From: Octopus sinensis
Lineage: Eukaryota
Assembly (NCBI RefSeq): GCF_006345805.1
Contig: NC_043002.1
Coordinates: 64,728,001-64,792,000, forward strand
Length of the DNA: 64,000 nt
Reading direction: 5' to 3'
In this document: positions 1 through 13,420 of the stretch, one piece after another
Numbering within the stretch: the stretch's first letter is position 1
Layout of the letters: every line of letters begins with the position of its first letter
Notes under the pieces: model-generated
What the model was told of the DNA's origin: nothing
Databases searched by the model: none
Seen by the model: the letters and a program-made list of their open reading frames with translations, nothing else
Program-made: the position numbers and the translations under genes

Positions 1-322
1 ACATCAAATGTAAATAATGTTCTTATTTTTGTCGTCATATCTTTTTATCATCATTATGCCGCTTTGGAAAACAGAAAATACTTAGCGATAATTCTTCTTG
101 AGATTTATGTCTTGAGCTCCGATCAAGCCGAGTTCAACTTCATATTTCAGTATCTCGGGATCAATAAATTAAAGTATCAATTAGTTATCGGCCTTGATGA
201 GATCAACTTTTCATCACTATCTTCAATATTGCTTGCTTTGTGCCAAAACGAGGAAGAATTGTTATTGTTATTTTACTATTTTTGTTTGTCTTCTTATAAA
301 GATCATTATTATTATTATTATT

Positions 323-690
323 CTATGTTTGACTTTTGCTTTATGTTTGTACAAGTTGGCTCCAAGTCTCACCCAGAGACCTCAAGAGACAACAGGTTGG
401 AAGTTTGAGGTTTTTCTTATGCCTAGCGTGCCAAATATTTGGGGGGTTTTTTGGTGTTGTACTAGTGAATGTCTAATAAATAATTTTTTTTTAAAAAGTT
501 TGTTTTAAACCTTGAGATTACATAGAGAGTATTTTGCGTAGGATATGTAGCAGTTCCCATGAACACTATCTTTTGAATTTCTGCCATTTTGGGGTTTCCT
601 GTTATCTGAGTTAGGTAGCAATCAGCCCCTTTCGCTATCATTCCCAGGGCACCTATGACAACAGGTATTGTTTTAGTCTTCAAGTTTCAC
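323..690 (-). mobile_element. 3' fragment of an R4/Dong-like (restriction-like endonuclease) non-LTR retrotransposon
   Basis: ORF 462-683 (KTKTIPVVIGALGMIAKG...KMAEIQKIVFMGTA) resembles the C-terminal RLE region of R4/Dong-type ORFs (IPxVIGALG...IQK...GT). It is followed by a short 3' UTR, with (TAA)n tracts on both sides (305-322 and from 691). Confidence 0.7.
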
Positions 691-732
<42 letters not shown>

Positions 733-1110
733 CATTATATTATTATTATTATTATATTATTATTATTATTATTATTATTATTATGATCATAATCATCATC
801 ATCATCATGATCATCATCATCATCATCATTATTATTATTATTGTTGTTATTATTAAGGCAGCGAGCTGGTAGAATCGTTAGCACGCCGGGCGAAATGCTT
901 AGCGGTATTTCATCTGCCTTTACGTTCGGAATTCAAATTCCGCAGACGTCAACTTTGCACTTCATCGTTTCGGGGTCGATAAATTAAGTACCAGTTACGT
1001 AATGGGGAAGATCTAACCGACTGGCCCCCTCCCACAAAATTTCGGGCCTTGTGCCTAGAGTAGAAATGATTATTATTATCATTATCATCATCATCATCAT
1101 CATCATCATT

Positions 1111-1143
<33 letters not shown>

Positions 1144-1310
1144 ATTATTACTATTATTATTGTTATCATTATTATTACTATTATTCTTCATATTAAATTA
1201 TTATATTATTATTATTATTATATTATTATTATTATTATTATTTTATTTATATTATTATAGTATTCTTATTGTTATTATATCATTATTATTATTATTATTA
1301 TTAATTTATT
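691..1310. repeat. (ATT)n/(ATC)n microsatellite field, interrupted by a SINE
   Basis: Directly visible trinucleotide runs. They explain the poly-I/L/Y/N ORFs 984-1169 and 1051-1260. Confidence 0.95.
855..1066 (+). mobile_element. tRNA-derived SINE, family A (full-length monomer)
   Basis: The head aaggcagcgagctggtagaatcgttagc, B-box-like ggaattcaaattcc, body cggggtcgataaattaagtaccag and tail gccttgtgcctagagtagaa all recur many times in the window. Confidence 0.85.
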
Positions 1311-1438
1311 ATTCACTTATTTTTACTTAAATTTCATTCCAGATGAAATTTTTTCTTTATCAGGAGATTTTATAAATACAAGAATAAATGCGTACATATA
1401 TACGTAAACATATATACAAACAGACACACACACTTACG

Positions 1439-1469
<31 letters not shown>

Positions 1470-1605
1470 ACACAAACATGCAGCTTCATTTAGATGTTGT
1501 CCAAGGTAATGGGAAATAATATTGTTGTTGCATCATTTTAGTTATTATTTTAGTACGCATTTATCTCCCACCTATTTATCACCAATCTCTGTAGCTGATA
1601 AATAG

Positions 1606-1636
<31 letters not shown>

Positions 1637-1724
1637 AGAGTTTACGAAAAAGAACAAAAGACGAAGACAGGTAGTGTACAAAACAAACAGATATGTTAGT
1701 ATAATGCTCAGGAATAGAAAATGT

Positions 1725-1760
1725 CTTTCACGTTTCGAGCCTACGCTCTTCTACAGAAAG
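1725..1760 (-). ncRNA. Variant minimal hammerhead ribozyme motif, probably inactive
   Basis: Minus strand reads CUUU-CUGUAGA-A-GAGC(GUAG)GCUC-GAAACGU-G-AAAG: helix I 4 bp, helix II 4 bp, palindromic ACGU. However A6 is U and N17 is G. Confidence 0.5.
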
Positions 1761-1817
1761 GGACACAGAAAAAACAAGGAGAGAAAAAAACGATCTATCA
1801 TATATACATATATATAT

Positions 1818-1866
<49 letters not shown>

Positions 1867-3084
1867 AGACTGACAGAGAGCTTCTTACATAGAGAAACAC
1901 ATATTGAATTACTTGATTGAATTACTCCCATTTATAATTTGAGCAATATATATATTTTCTGAAAATATATGAAAATTATGAAAAACGTCATATTTAGTGC
2001 AACAATAAAGTGGTACATAAGTGACATTAAACCGAAATGAGTCTAGAAAATATAGTTAAGTATAGGTATGATACCTACGATACAAGATAAGGATATAATG
2101 CGTATGTGAATTATATACACTGGGGATTTGCAGTAAATATCGTTAATACATCACTTTGCAATAATAATATAAATAAATAATTAAGATACACTCAGTTTGT
2201 TTCCTAATTAATTGAGAAAGGGAGTTAGAATTACAAATTATCGCTGAAAATGAATTAGGCTACGCGAAAGATGTTTTAATGAAATTTTATGATTGAATAC
2301 GTCGCAGTCATAGCGAGATATCACATTTTTATTGGTAGGTGTTCAAGCAGAGAACGCAATGAAAATTAGTTTATGAGAATAAATATTATAAGAAATACAT
2401 TTATGTATTTTTCTATTTCTTCCCACGAAATGACGCATAGAGAAATTACATTATAATTAGGTAGTATGGTTGAATGCCTAATTTGCATATTTCAGCATTT
2501 CAAAGCTCGTTATAAATGATATATTATCTATGTTATGCACAACATAGCATAACTGACTAAATTTAAATGGTTTTAAGAATTACAAAACTACACACAAATC
2601 AAATAAGAATGCACACATACACTTTCCATGCTTCCCATGTGTTGGAAATTCGGAAAGGCTATGCCGACGGATCGTTTCATGTTTTGTTGAACAATCCTCC
2701 TCGAAAAAGAACATCATTTCATTCCCTAGTCAGCAGCATTGTTCGGATGCTCTATAAAATAGATATCAACTAATTTTGTACTTCTGTAAAGAGGCTAAGT
2801 TGCACATTTACATTTTCTGAGTCCGTCTCATTAATTAAAATATCCGTTTTAATTACAAGACAGCGATTAAGTATTAGTCACTCGTACTAGAATATATCTA
2901 AACTTTACATTGAATGGTGAAAGAATCTGCGCTGCCCTCTCTGGCGATCGACAAACAAAACGTGAGCTGATCCATCACGGGACATTATTATTTTCACGTC
3001 ATATCAATAGCAAAATCCGTTTGCGCGCCGGTCAAAATGCTTAGTGAAGTTTTATCAATTTTTATGTAACAGATTTAAATTCCG

Positions 3085-3385
3085 CGGAGGTCGACTTTGT
3101 TTTAAGGAGCCAAGCTGGTAGAATCGTTAGCAAACAGGAAAAAAAAAATGCGTAGCGGCATTTCGTCCGTCTTTACATCCTAAGTTCATATTTTGCCAAT
3201 TTCGACTTTGCCTTTCGTAATATTGGTATCGATAAAATTGGTTTTGTAGTATAGGTATCGATAAAATTGGTTTTGTAATATTAGTATCGATAAAATACGC
3301 ACTAGACTAGCACGGGGGTGGATGAAACCGACTTAACCTCAACTCCACCCCAAACGGCTGGCCTTGCATCATAGTTTACCATCAA
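3085..3385 (+). mobile_element. Degenerate family A SINE with an internal 29-bp triplication (3217-3296)
   Basis: Similar to 855-1066. The unit gtaatattggtatcgataaaattggtttt is repeated about 2.7 times. Confidence 0.7.
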
Positions 3386-4448
3386 AATTATCTGTTTCCT
3401 AATTTAGTTAACTATATTTCAACTATTCTGTTTTACGCTGAGCAATGGTTATTGTTTGTTGAATGACAAATTAACAAAAGGACGAATATAAAATGTAGGA
3501 TATAAACCCAGTCTCTTGCTTACTTCTTCAAATAATACCTGAAGTATGCCGATAGTAAGGGACGAAATCAGTGTAACTCTTATCTGAGAGGATAGACAAG
3601 AAACCGCAAAAACTTCTGGAGATAACGTGCCTACTTCAAGGATTAACAAAAGAAATAAAAATACTTTTTGCATTATTTTTTTTAATGTTGATCAAAGCGT
3701 TATAATTATTCAAGCATGAATTTACTTATTTGGTAACTGACAAAAATTCACAAAATCACGCACACAAACAAATGCGAGTGCAATACATAGACACACACAA
3801 GACACACACATGTATATATGTATGTATATAGCGGGAGTAAGATATAAGAAATGAGAAGCGATACATAAAGCTTCTGATCCCCAAAAAACCGATTCCTCTC
3901 AATAACTTTTAGATTTCATATCGTAATCCTTTCAACACTAGGTGTAGGGCCTCAAAATTATAAAGGCCTTTTCCATTATATCGACCCTAGTAAGAAACCT
4001 TTATTTATTTCATTGACCAAAAATTGACGAATGCAGAGACGACCTTCAAAGAACTTGAAAGAACAGACGGAGAAATGCTGCTATGCATTTCGTCCGGCCT
4101 GCTACACGTTCTGCCAGCTATCGAGTTAGACTGTCATAGAATACGTCCGATCATTCTTACACGCTATACATAATAAAGCACAAAAAAAGAATCTTTAAAA
4201 TATCTTTCCAAGATAGTATTCTTCATTTGTTTTTCGTTGACATACAAATGTTGATGGATGACTACCACGTGACATCCAGAAGAGAAACATAGAATGAATC
4301 TCTAAAGCTACTAACGCACGTAGAGTCGCATATTTATCAGTGAACCAGTAAATATATATATATATATTTTTGACTATTTATTAAAATGTTATGTATTGAT
4401 TAAGTCTTTCCTTGTTTGTTTTGCAAAATAGTGGTTTTGTCTCTAATA

Positions 4449-4515
<67 letters not shown>

Positions 4516-4547
4516 GTACGATATTACGCGAAATATATATGTAAATG

Positions 4548-4615
<68 letters not shown>

Positions 4616-4616
4616 T

Positions 4617-4652
<36 letters not shown>

Positions 4653-4945
4653 TGTGTGTGTGTGTGTGTATACATTTATATATCGCGTAATATGACTTGA
4701 AGCTTATAATCTCAGATTTCGCCCGTTTTATATCGCAGATCTATTTTTCGGTTTTGCTTTACTACTATTGAAGGAGATAATAACATTGCCCGACTATATG
4801 TATATAGAGTGGCGGTGCACTGCAAGCACTTCAATATCTCCCATAAACGTAGTGCACTTGTACACTCTAGTTAGACCTATGTATGTATACGTAGATATAT
4901 GTATATATGTGTGTGTGTGTGTGAGTGCGCGTGCGTGCGTGTTTG

Positions 4946-4989
<44 letters not shown>

Positions 4990-5113
4990 AGTGTGTGTGT
5001 GAATATATATGTATGTATATATATATATATAATTTATTAACATACATATACAAATTTATATACAATTGTGCGTGCATGCATATAATTGTGTTAGAGGGCG
5101 GGTGTAGATATGC

Positions 5114-5160
<47 letters not shown>

Positions 5161-5793
5161 TATATATATACATATATATATGTATATATATACACACACA
5201 CATATATATATATATATTATCTGTATGTATACATGCTTGTGTGTATATATGTATATATGAATATAAGTAAGTATGTATGTATATGTATGTGTATATATAC
5301 ATTTCTTTTAGCTACACTCTTTAGATAAATCCACCTGCAATATTCTTTCTGGCATCTACTACAACATGTCCTGTTGCCTTGAGAGGCAATTTCAAAATAC
5401 AACATTATTAAAACCACACAGCGAATGCTTTAATGTTCTTCACGCAGATGCAATTTCGATCTTGTATCTTTGTTTCCCCGGAGCTTAAAGCTTCATCCAA
5501 TATCATCATTTATTTCAAAATACAGTCATGGCGGAAATTAGTTAATACTTCCAACTACCAAGTTACACTTGTCCCTGTGTATTTATAATGTTCACCTCAG
5601 GTTATATGTTTTAACTACTTCCAACACAATTCTGAACTTTCATCTACGTACAAGTTTTCGTTTCCTTTGCAATGTGAAAATAACGTGCGTGTCATTCTTG
5701 CATCTCTTCTTTTCTCTTGTATTCAATGCTTCCATCTACACCGCCTATAAGATTGTATGTGTGCATATATATATATATATTTATATATATATA

Positions 5794-5845
<52 letters not shown>

Positions 5846-6805
5846 TTATTTATATGATTTATATGTATGTAGTATGCATTATTTGTGTATGTATATATGC
5901 ATGTTTGTATGTCCATTATATGTATATATATGCATATATCCATACGCGTGTAACTAACGACATAATATAATTCTCCGTATGTGCGTAGGCACATATGTAT
6001 ATACATGCATACATATGTACATATATATATATATTTTTTTTTATTTATATTTATGTTTGAATGCATGTGTACGTATGTATGTATATATATATATTTAGAG
6101 AGAGAGAGACAGAGGGGGGAGGAGGGACAAAGAGATATATTGTGTTGATATTTATAAGCGTATGAAGATAAGACTCAAATATTTCATAAATATACAACTA
6201 TATGGAAACACACGGTGATACGCACTCTAACGCATATTCACTTATACATCCACACATACATAAGAGTACCTACGTCATTTTTGTATTTCATGGACAAGAT
6301 TTCATATACCCGCACACATACATACACACACATACACACACATATTCATATATGTATGTTTGTGTATGTATGCATATAAGTATATTTATATAAATGGGCA
6401 TGTATATATATATGCTTCTGTATGTCTTTAACTGAAGTAGTTTGCCAATGTGAATATACTTATGTGTTCGCTCATTTTCGAGGTTGTACATGTGGTTTGT
6501 ACGTATAATGTATATAAATTTACATGCAGATATATGCTTGTATTCTATATCTTCATGTTACTTCTTTTCTGAATATGTGTGTGTCTGTGTGTGGTTGTGT
6601 GTCTGTGTGTCTGTGTAGAGGCGTACTTACATAATTCCAAAACGTCGTTTCGTTATTAATGATCTGATGTAAACATCTGTACAAAAATATTTTACGTAAA
6701 CGCATTTATTTACAGCTACCTCTTCGCCAGCTACACAAAATTAAATACACTTACACCAGGATTTCACGCATCATCATCATTTCTCTTCTTCTTTCATAAA
6801 TTCTT

Positions 6806-7729
6806 TTCTACTCTAGGCACAAGGCCTGACATTTTGTGGGAGGGGTCTAGTCGATTAGATCAACCCAGCACACACCTGCTACTTAACTTATCGACCCTGA
6901 AAGCAGAATTTGAACTCTGAACATAAAGACAGACGAAATACCTATTTCTTTACAACCCACAAGGGGCTAAACACAGAGGAGACAAACAAGGACAGACAAA
7001 CAGATTAAGTCGATTATATCGACCCCAGTGCGTAACTGGTACTTATTAAATCGACCTCGAAAGGATGAAAGGCAAAGTCGACCAGGGCGGAATTTGAACT
7101 CAAAACATAGCGGCAGACGAAATGCCTATTTCTTTACTACCCACAAGGGGCTAAACACAGAGGGGGAAAACAAGGACAGACAAAGGGATTAAGTCGATTA
7201 CATCGACCCCAGTGCGTAAGAGGTACTTAATTTATCGATCCTAAAAGCATGAAAGGCAAAGTCGACCTCGGCGGAATTTGAACTCAAAACATAGCGGCAG
7301 ACGAAATGCCTATTTTTTTACTACCCACAAGGGGCTAAACGCAGAGGGGACAAACACGGACAGACAAACAGATTAAGTCGATTATATCGACCCCAGTGCG
7401 TAACTAGTACTTATTTAATCGACCCCGAAAGGATGAAAGGCAAAGTCGACCTCGGCGGAATTTGAACACAGAACATAGCGGCAGACGAAATACAAGGACA
7501 GACAACAGATTAAGTCGATTATATCGACCCCAGTGCGTAACTGGTACTTATTTAATCGACCCCGAAAGGATGAAAGGCAAAGTCGACCTCGGCGGAATTT
7601 GAACACAGAACATAGCGGCAGACGAAATACAAGGACAGACAAACAGATTAAGTCGATTATATCGACCCCAGTGCGTAACTGGTACTTATTTAATCGACCT
7701 CGAAAGGATGAAACGCAAAGTCGACCTCG
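6806..7729 (-). repeat. Tandem array of head-less family A SINE units
   Basis: The gacgaaat landmark recurs at 6935, 7119, 7303, 7487 and 7624 (periods 184, 184, 184, 137). Units lack the tRNA A-box head. Confidence 0.92.
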
Positions 7730-8497
7730 TTGTGAAATATGTGTGTTTGTGATCACGTCTGCTATGTTGTCATGAGCAGGAACAAAGAGCAAAAGTGAAA
7801 TTTTTGTTAAACTAGGTAAGTCTTCTACAGAGATATCGATATTGTTTCGGCAAGCTCACAGCAACGGGGCAATAGGTGACATGCAATTTTCGAGTGCTAC
7901 AAAAGAGGAAGAACCTCCCTGGAAAATGATGAACGATCTTGAAGATGTTGAGAAATTTGGAAGAACCTGCCAGGAGCGTCAACCCGCAAATGTGAAGGAA
8001 ACTCATCAGCTTGTGTATGAAGATCGTCGGAGGACAATGGACGATGTTGTGATGCGTTTCCGGGATGATATTTGGCCAAACTAACCAAGTCTGTGTAGCG
8101 GGAAGAACTGGATTGCTCGCGACAACAATACACCCTGTCAGCAAGCTCTTTTCACTGGTGAGTTTCTCTCCAAAAACAACATGGCATCGCTTCTGCACCC
8201 ACGCCGTTCGGCAAAGTTAGCATTTACGGATTTCCATTTCTTCCCCAACAAGGAAAATGCAACTGAAATGTCGCCGTTTTAACAGCGTTGTCGAGATCCA
8301 GAGCGAATGGCAGAAGTCCCTCGACTCGCTTACGGAAAACGACTTCCAGGACAGGCCGAAATCCAAAAGGGACAGGAACGCTGGAACCGGTCTATTGCTG
8401 CTCAAGTTGACTATTTCGAAGGTGGTGATGTTATAAATTAAGATAATACGTTATTTTGTATTAAACTAAATAATCCTGGAACATGTTAATAACACTG
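7730..8497 (+). mobile_element. Decayed, internally deleted mariner transposon
   Basis: Frameshifted translation gives EQRAKVKF..KLGKSSTE...FECYKRGRTSLENDERS (HTH region) and LLHPRRSAKLAFTDFHFFP..MQLKCRRF...RWNRSIAAQVDYFEG, matching the mariner HPPYSPDLAPSDF..F and C-terminal YFE motifs. Confidence 0.85.
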
Positions 8498-8715
8498 TTA
8501 CTAATAAATATTAGAACGCCTGAGGTCGGCGCGCTTGGTAGAATCATTAGCACGACGGGGATAATGCTTAGCGTCGATTCGTCTGTTTTTACTTTCTGAG
8601 TTCAAATTTCGCATTTCATTCATTCCGTGTCGTCGTCGTCTTCTTCTTCTTCGTCTTCTTCTTATTCTTCTTCTTCTGTTATTATTATTATTATTATATT
8701 ATTATTATATTATTA

Positions 8716-8783
<68 letters not shown>

Positions 8784-8794
8784 TATTATTATGG

Positions 8795-9290
8795 AATCAG
8801 AGACCAGCGCATGCCATCAAAGTGACACTGATGTATACGAAGCCCTGCATATCCATCATGACTACCCGTCTGATAAGGCTAAAACAGGCACACGCGTCAC
8901 AGCCACATGTGCGCGACATGATGATCTTATATCAAGATAAACAGCACATGACCTCACAGATAGGGACCAGTTAGAATTTTCTTCAGGTCGAGTAGCCCAC
9001 CCGCTCAAAAGGTCCATGAATAAGGTTTGTTTGAGGATGATGAACGAAACACTCATATTTGCAGAGGTGAATTATTCAGACTCCAACGATATCCTCAACA
9101 TATGCCTATAATGCACCCCCACTACTTCTGCACGCAATCAGAGATGCACATATCATCAGCCACAAAGGGACAAGGCCAACTGGTTAAGGTCAAACAGCTG
9201 ACAAGCAAATCTGTGGTATTGAGCGGATAAAACCATGTATACGATAACACTTCCAATAAGTTAAGATCAGAAGCCATGAGATACATTGCC
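8795..9290. repeat. Unclassified interspersed repeat (family X)
   Basis: Inverted partial copies lie at about 23560-23665 and 43430-43600. No ORF is recognisable. Confidence 0.6.
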
Positions 9291-9398
9291 TGTTATTGCA
9301 TCATGGCAATATCATCATCATCATCATCATTCTCCTCCACCTCCCCCCTCTCCTCCTCCTCCTCCTCCTCCTTCTCATTATTATTATTATTATTATTA

Positions 9399-9443
<45 letters not shown>

Positions 9444-10838
9444 GTTCTGTACTCTTCATATGTAATTTTTTTGCCTTCCTTCTTATGCCTCTGTATCATT
9501 AAAATATTTCTAAGTCCTATCAGTATTTTATATCAAGCTAGCTAGCATAGAAAAAACAAACTTACTGCAACATTGAAACCACTTAGACCGATCAGAAAAC
9601 CTTTTTTACGTTATACATAATTTTTAAAAACTTTTTTCTTCATTCTTACCTACCCACCATCCCAATGTTCTCTTACAATATACTCGTGAATGCAAATGCT
9701 CGCACAATCAACAATCGCTAAAGTAACATAAGAATATCTACATTGTATACGGTTATTATTGCAATCAGCTACATCGCCAGTGCCAAAAGGTTGAAGTTGC
9801 GAAGTATTCTTCCCCATTATTCCCCAAAATAGAACACCACTTAATTTTTCATACGACCATGACCGATAAAAATAAACACCAGAATAGTAAGTTGTGCTCT
9901 TTTAAATCCACTGTATACTAAACTCTTCAACAATTGGCTTGAAACACAATGCACAGCGTATGCAAATATTATTTCCTCCTGAATGCTCAACTCTAAGTCG
10001 CATTGCAAATGCAAATGTTTTTCTTTAGAAATTAGATATACCCCACGTTATGCGTATGATTTGTACAATAACGAGTATGCTTGCTTAGAATTATATTATA
10101 TCACATTATATCGTTTTTCAGCACCAATGCGAAAACAAAACGAATAGAAGATACACGTTTCTCAGAACTTCACATCCGATTGCTTCTAGCCATTGTGGAT
10201 GGAAGCAAGGTTTTTCAGATGCGAGAATCACTTTCAGCCTATAAGCTAAATGGCAGATACGAAAACGGGAAGAGAATAAATTTCATGATATAAGGAAATG
10301 ATAATACCACATCCATATGATACTTTCATCAAAGGAGGTAGACGTAGGAAGATAGGATGTGGTATAGATCGCATACAAAGAATGGATAGCATTTACATCA
10401 CCAAGTAAATCAATTGCGTTCACGCTACAATTTGTTGTAACTTTTTTTGTATTATTCTGTATATATTTACAACATTTTATTGTCAATTCTTTTCTTTATC
10501 CACAAAGATTGAATAGAAACATGACGCAGATCATCAAATGACACACGCGGGAAACACACGAGCAAAAATACACATATGCATGGATAAATATATCTGTGCC
10601 TGTGTGTTTGTTTGTATATGTATTTATGTATATTTGTATAAGTGTATTGTATACGCGTGCGCATCCACATAACCTATGTGCGTGTCTATGCTTTTCAAGA
10701 ATACTTCTTTTTATTTTAAGTATACGCCGCAACGGTATCCGATCAATTTCAAACGCAAACAAAATACTTCGACAACAATACAAAGCTTTGTGCTGATAAA
10801 ATGTGTATATATATGCATATATATATGTGTGTGTGTGT

Positions 10839-10886
<48 letters not shown>

Positions 10887-11033
10887 ATGTATGTACGTAT
10901 GTATACATATATATACATATATATGTATGTATATATATATATATATAGGCATATATATATATATATATATCTTATATATATATATATAAATATATATATA
11001 TACTTATAAATATATATGTATGTAATGGATACG

Positions 11034-11066
<33 letters not shown>

Positions 11067-12049
11067 TACACTTCTGTATATATTTATGATGTTTTGTGAG
11101 GCATTTAGTACAAAAACATTAGTGACCAGGGCCGGTGGTTCATCATTCTGAAATGAGGCAACGTATGCGTGTGTTTAGAAACAACATTGTTTACAACTAC
11201 GCCATTCCAGTACAGGAACAATTTACAGTCGATCGCATAATAAACAAGTAAACCTCTATTCTGTATATTGGAATACTTCTACTTCCTAGTCAAGTGTTGA
11301 ACTGGTTTTGTTCAGCGAATCTTTTCAATCCAAAGTGCTTACCCTTGCCGTGTGAAAACGAAAGTTTATTATGGATGTCACTGCACTTGAATGAATATTT
11401 ACGCTACGATGTGCGTCCTAACAGCACAAAGTATGAGAGCAGAACATGCAATGTTGGTTTTGTGTTTAACTAATTCCCATATTGTGTCCTTTTATGCAGT
11501 TTGGGGTTGATAAGGTTATTGTTCTTGCTGATGTTGTCACTCCCCTTAACAGTTGCTACCATTTAACCCAGGAGAACAATTCAGAAGTATGTTGAAATTC
11601 TTCGTGATTTATACTACATGGGATGCGAGTTACCGGCCTTAAGAGTCTCACAGCTCAAGAAAAATATAAATGAAGACCTTTACCTACTATTCCGTCATTT
11701 GTGAGGAGCCTTCCTTTCATATCGGATCGCATTGCATTTTGTTACTTAGCAATTGCTTTGTTTTACTCATCAAAAGCGAACGAACAAACGGCAAATCCAG
11801 AACATGTTTTCTAATAACTGTGCCACTGAGTTATTTTTTCCTCGGCAACCATATTTTAAAATTATTATTCGACATTGAAGCAGAAACCAAAACCATAAAT
11901 AAAATAATATAAAATATACGTACAATTAAAAAAAATAAATAAATAAAAATGAATAAAAAGAAAATATTCATAAAACCAGACCACGGCAAAATTTGTTTTT
12001 GTTTCAAGTAAATCTAATTTTAATTAAAATGTAATATGAACAAAAAATT

Positions 12050-12086
12050 AATAATGATAAAAATAGTAATAATGATGATGATGATG

Positions 12087-12139
<53 letters not shown>

Positions 12140-12140
12140 G

Positions 12141-12222
<82 letters not shown>

Positions 12223-13420
12223 TAATAACAACATCGTAGAATGCAACAGACGAAAAACAAGTACAATATGAACAAGGAGAAAAACAATAACTACGCCTCC
12301 AACTTCACCAGTTACAAGAAGAACAAGAAATAGAATAATAACAACAGAAGCAAGAACTAAAGCAACACAACTAAAGAAGTAAGAAGTATGATATGAATAA
12401 AAAGAATGAGTTGCAAAAACAAGGAAAAAAGAACAGAAGAGCCGAGAGTAAGAAGGGCGATGGTATGGAAAGGGCTGTTAAAATAGAAGTGGTGGAAAGA
12501 TGAAAATAAGAATAGTGTAAGATGACGAGAAGAAAGATGTTAGAGAAGATTATGAGGAGGAGGAGGAGGAGGTATAGAGACTGGGGGATTCGGGATGAAA
12601 TAGTAAAGTTAAAATGATGGGTATAAAAGAGTAGTGATGAGTCAAATAAGAAGGAAGGGAAAAAGTAGAAGACGAATGAGGAATGGAGAGGAAGAAATGA
12701 AGTGGGATGATGGGGAAGAAAACAAGAAAGAAAGAAAGAAATAATGAAAATGGAGCGGAGGAATGAGTTGAGTAGGGAGATGAGGGGAAATGTATTGTGA
12801 AAGAAGATCGGAGAAAGAGGGAAACTAGAAGAAAAGGGGAATGGTATTAGGTGTAGAGTCTCGTTGAGTTTAACGAAAGCTACGATGACGGATACGAGGG
12901 CGCTGGCGGAGAAGGAAGAGGAGAAGGATGAGAAGGAGGATGAGGAGAGGGAAAGGGAGGACGAGAAGTTGGAGCAATGTGTGTAGGAGGACAGGAAAAA
13001 AGGTGGAGATAGAAGAAGAAAAAGAATATGACGAAGAAGAGAAAGAAGAAGAGAAAGAAGAAGAGAAAGAAGAAAAAGTAGAAGAAGAAGAAGAAGAGAA
13101 TAATAATAATAATAATAAGAAGAAGAAGAAGAAAGAAGAAGAAGAAGAGTAAGAAGAAGAAGAAGAGTAAGAAGAAGAAGAAGAGTGAGAAGAAGAGTAA
13201 GAAGAAGGAGAAGAAGAAGAAGAAGAGTAAGAAGAAGAAGAAGAGTAAGAAGAAGAAGAAAGAAGAAGAAGAAGAAGAAGAAGAAGAAGAAGAAGAAGAA
13301 GAAGAAGAAGATGAAAAGATTTTGGAAAATTTGAAGACGTGAAGAGGAAAATTGTAGGCTGAAGAAAAAGAGAAGTAAATAGAAGAAAGAGAAAAAGAAG
13401 AAAAGAAGAAACACAGGCGT
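12050..13420. repeat. (AAT)n tract followed by about 1.2 kb of purine-rich sequence ending in (GAA)n / GAAGAAGAGTAA repeats
   Basis: Directly visible. It explains the low-complexity 347-aa minus-strand ORF 12371-13414. Confidence 0.9.

Noticed and set aside
4412-6066. Cluster of YI/CV/HT-repeat ORFs (also at 10.5-11, 22-23.6, 37.5, 41-44.5, 48-50, 56 and 58 kb)
   Set aside because: They are dinucleotide microsatellite artefacts.
6631-6676. 46-nt minus-strand segment with AG/GTAAGT ends
   Set aside because: The polypyrimidine tract is weak, the peptide is unrecognisable and there is no partner exon.
7415-7792. Repeat-containing ORFs that could suggest a CRISPR array or repeat protein
   Set aside because: The units are 137-184-bp SINE bodies with no unique spacers and no cas genes, and the context is eukaryotic.
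12371-13414. 347-aa minus-strand ORF (Leu/Phe/Ser-rich)
   Set aside because: It is the translation of a polypyrimidine strand that lacks stop codons by composition. There is no domain or splice context.
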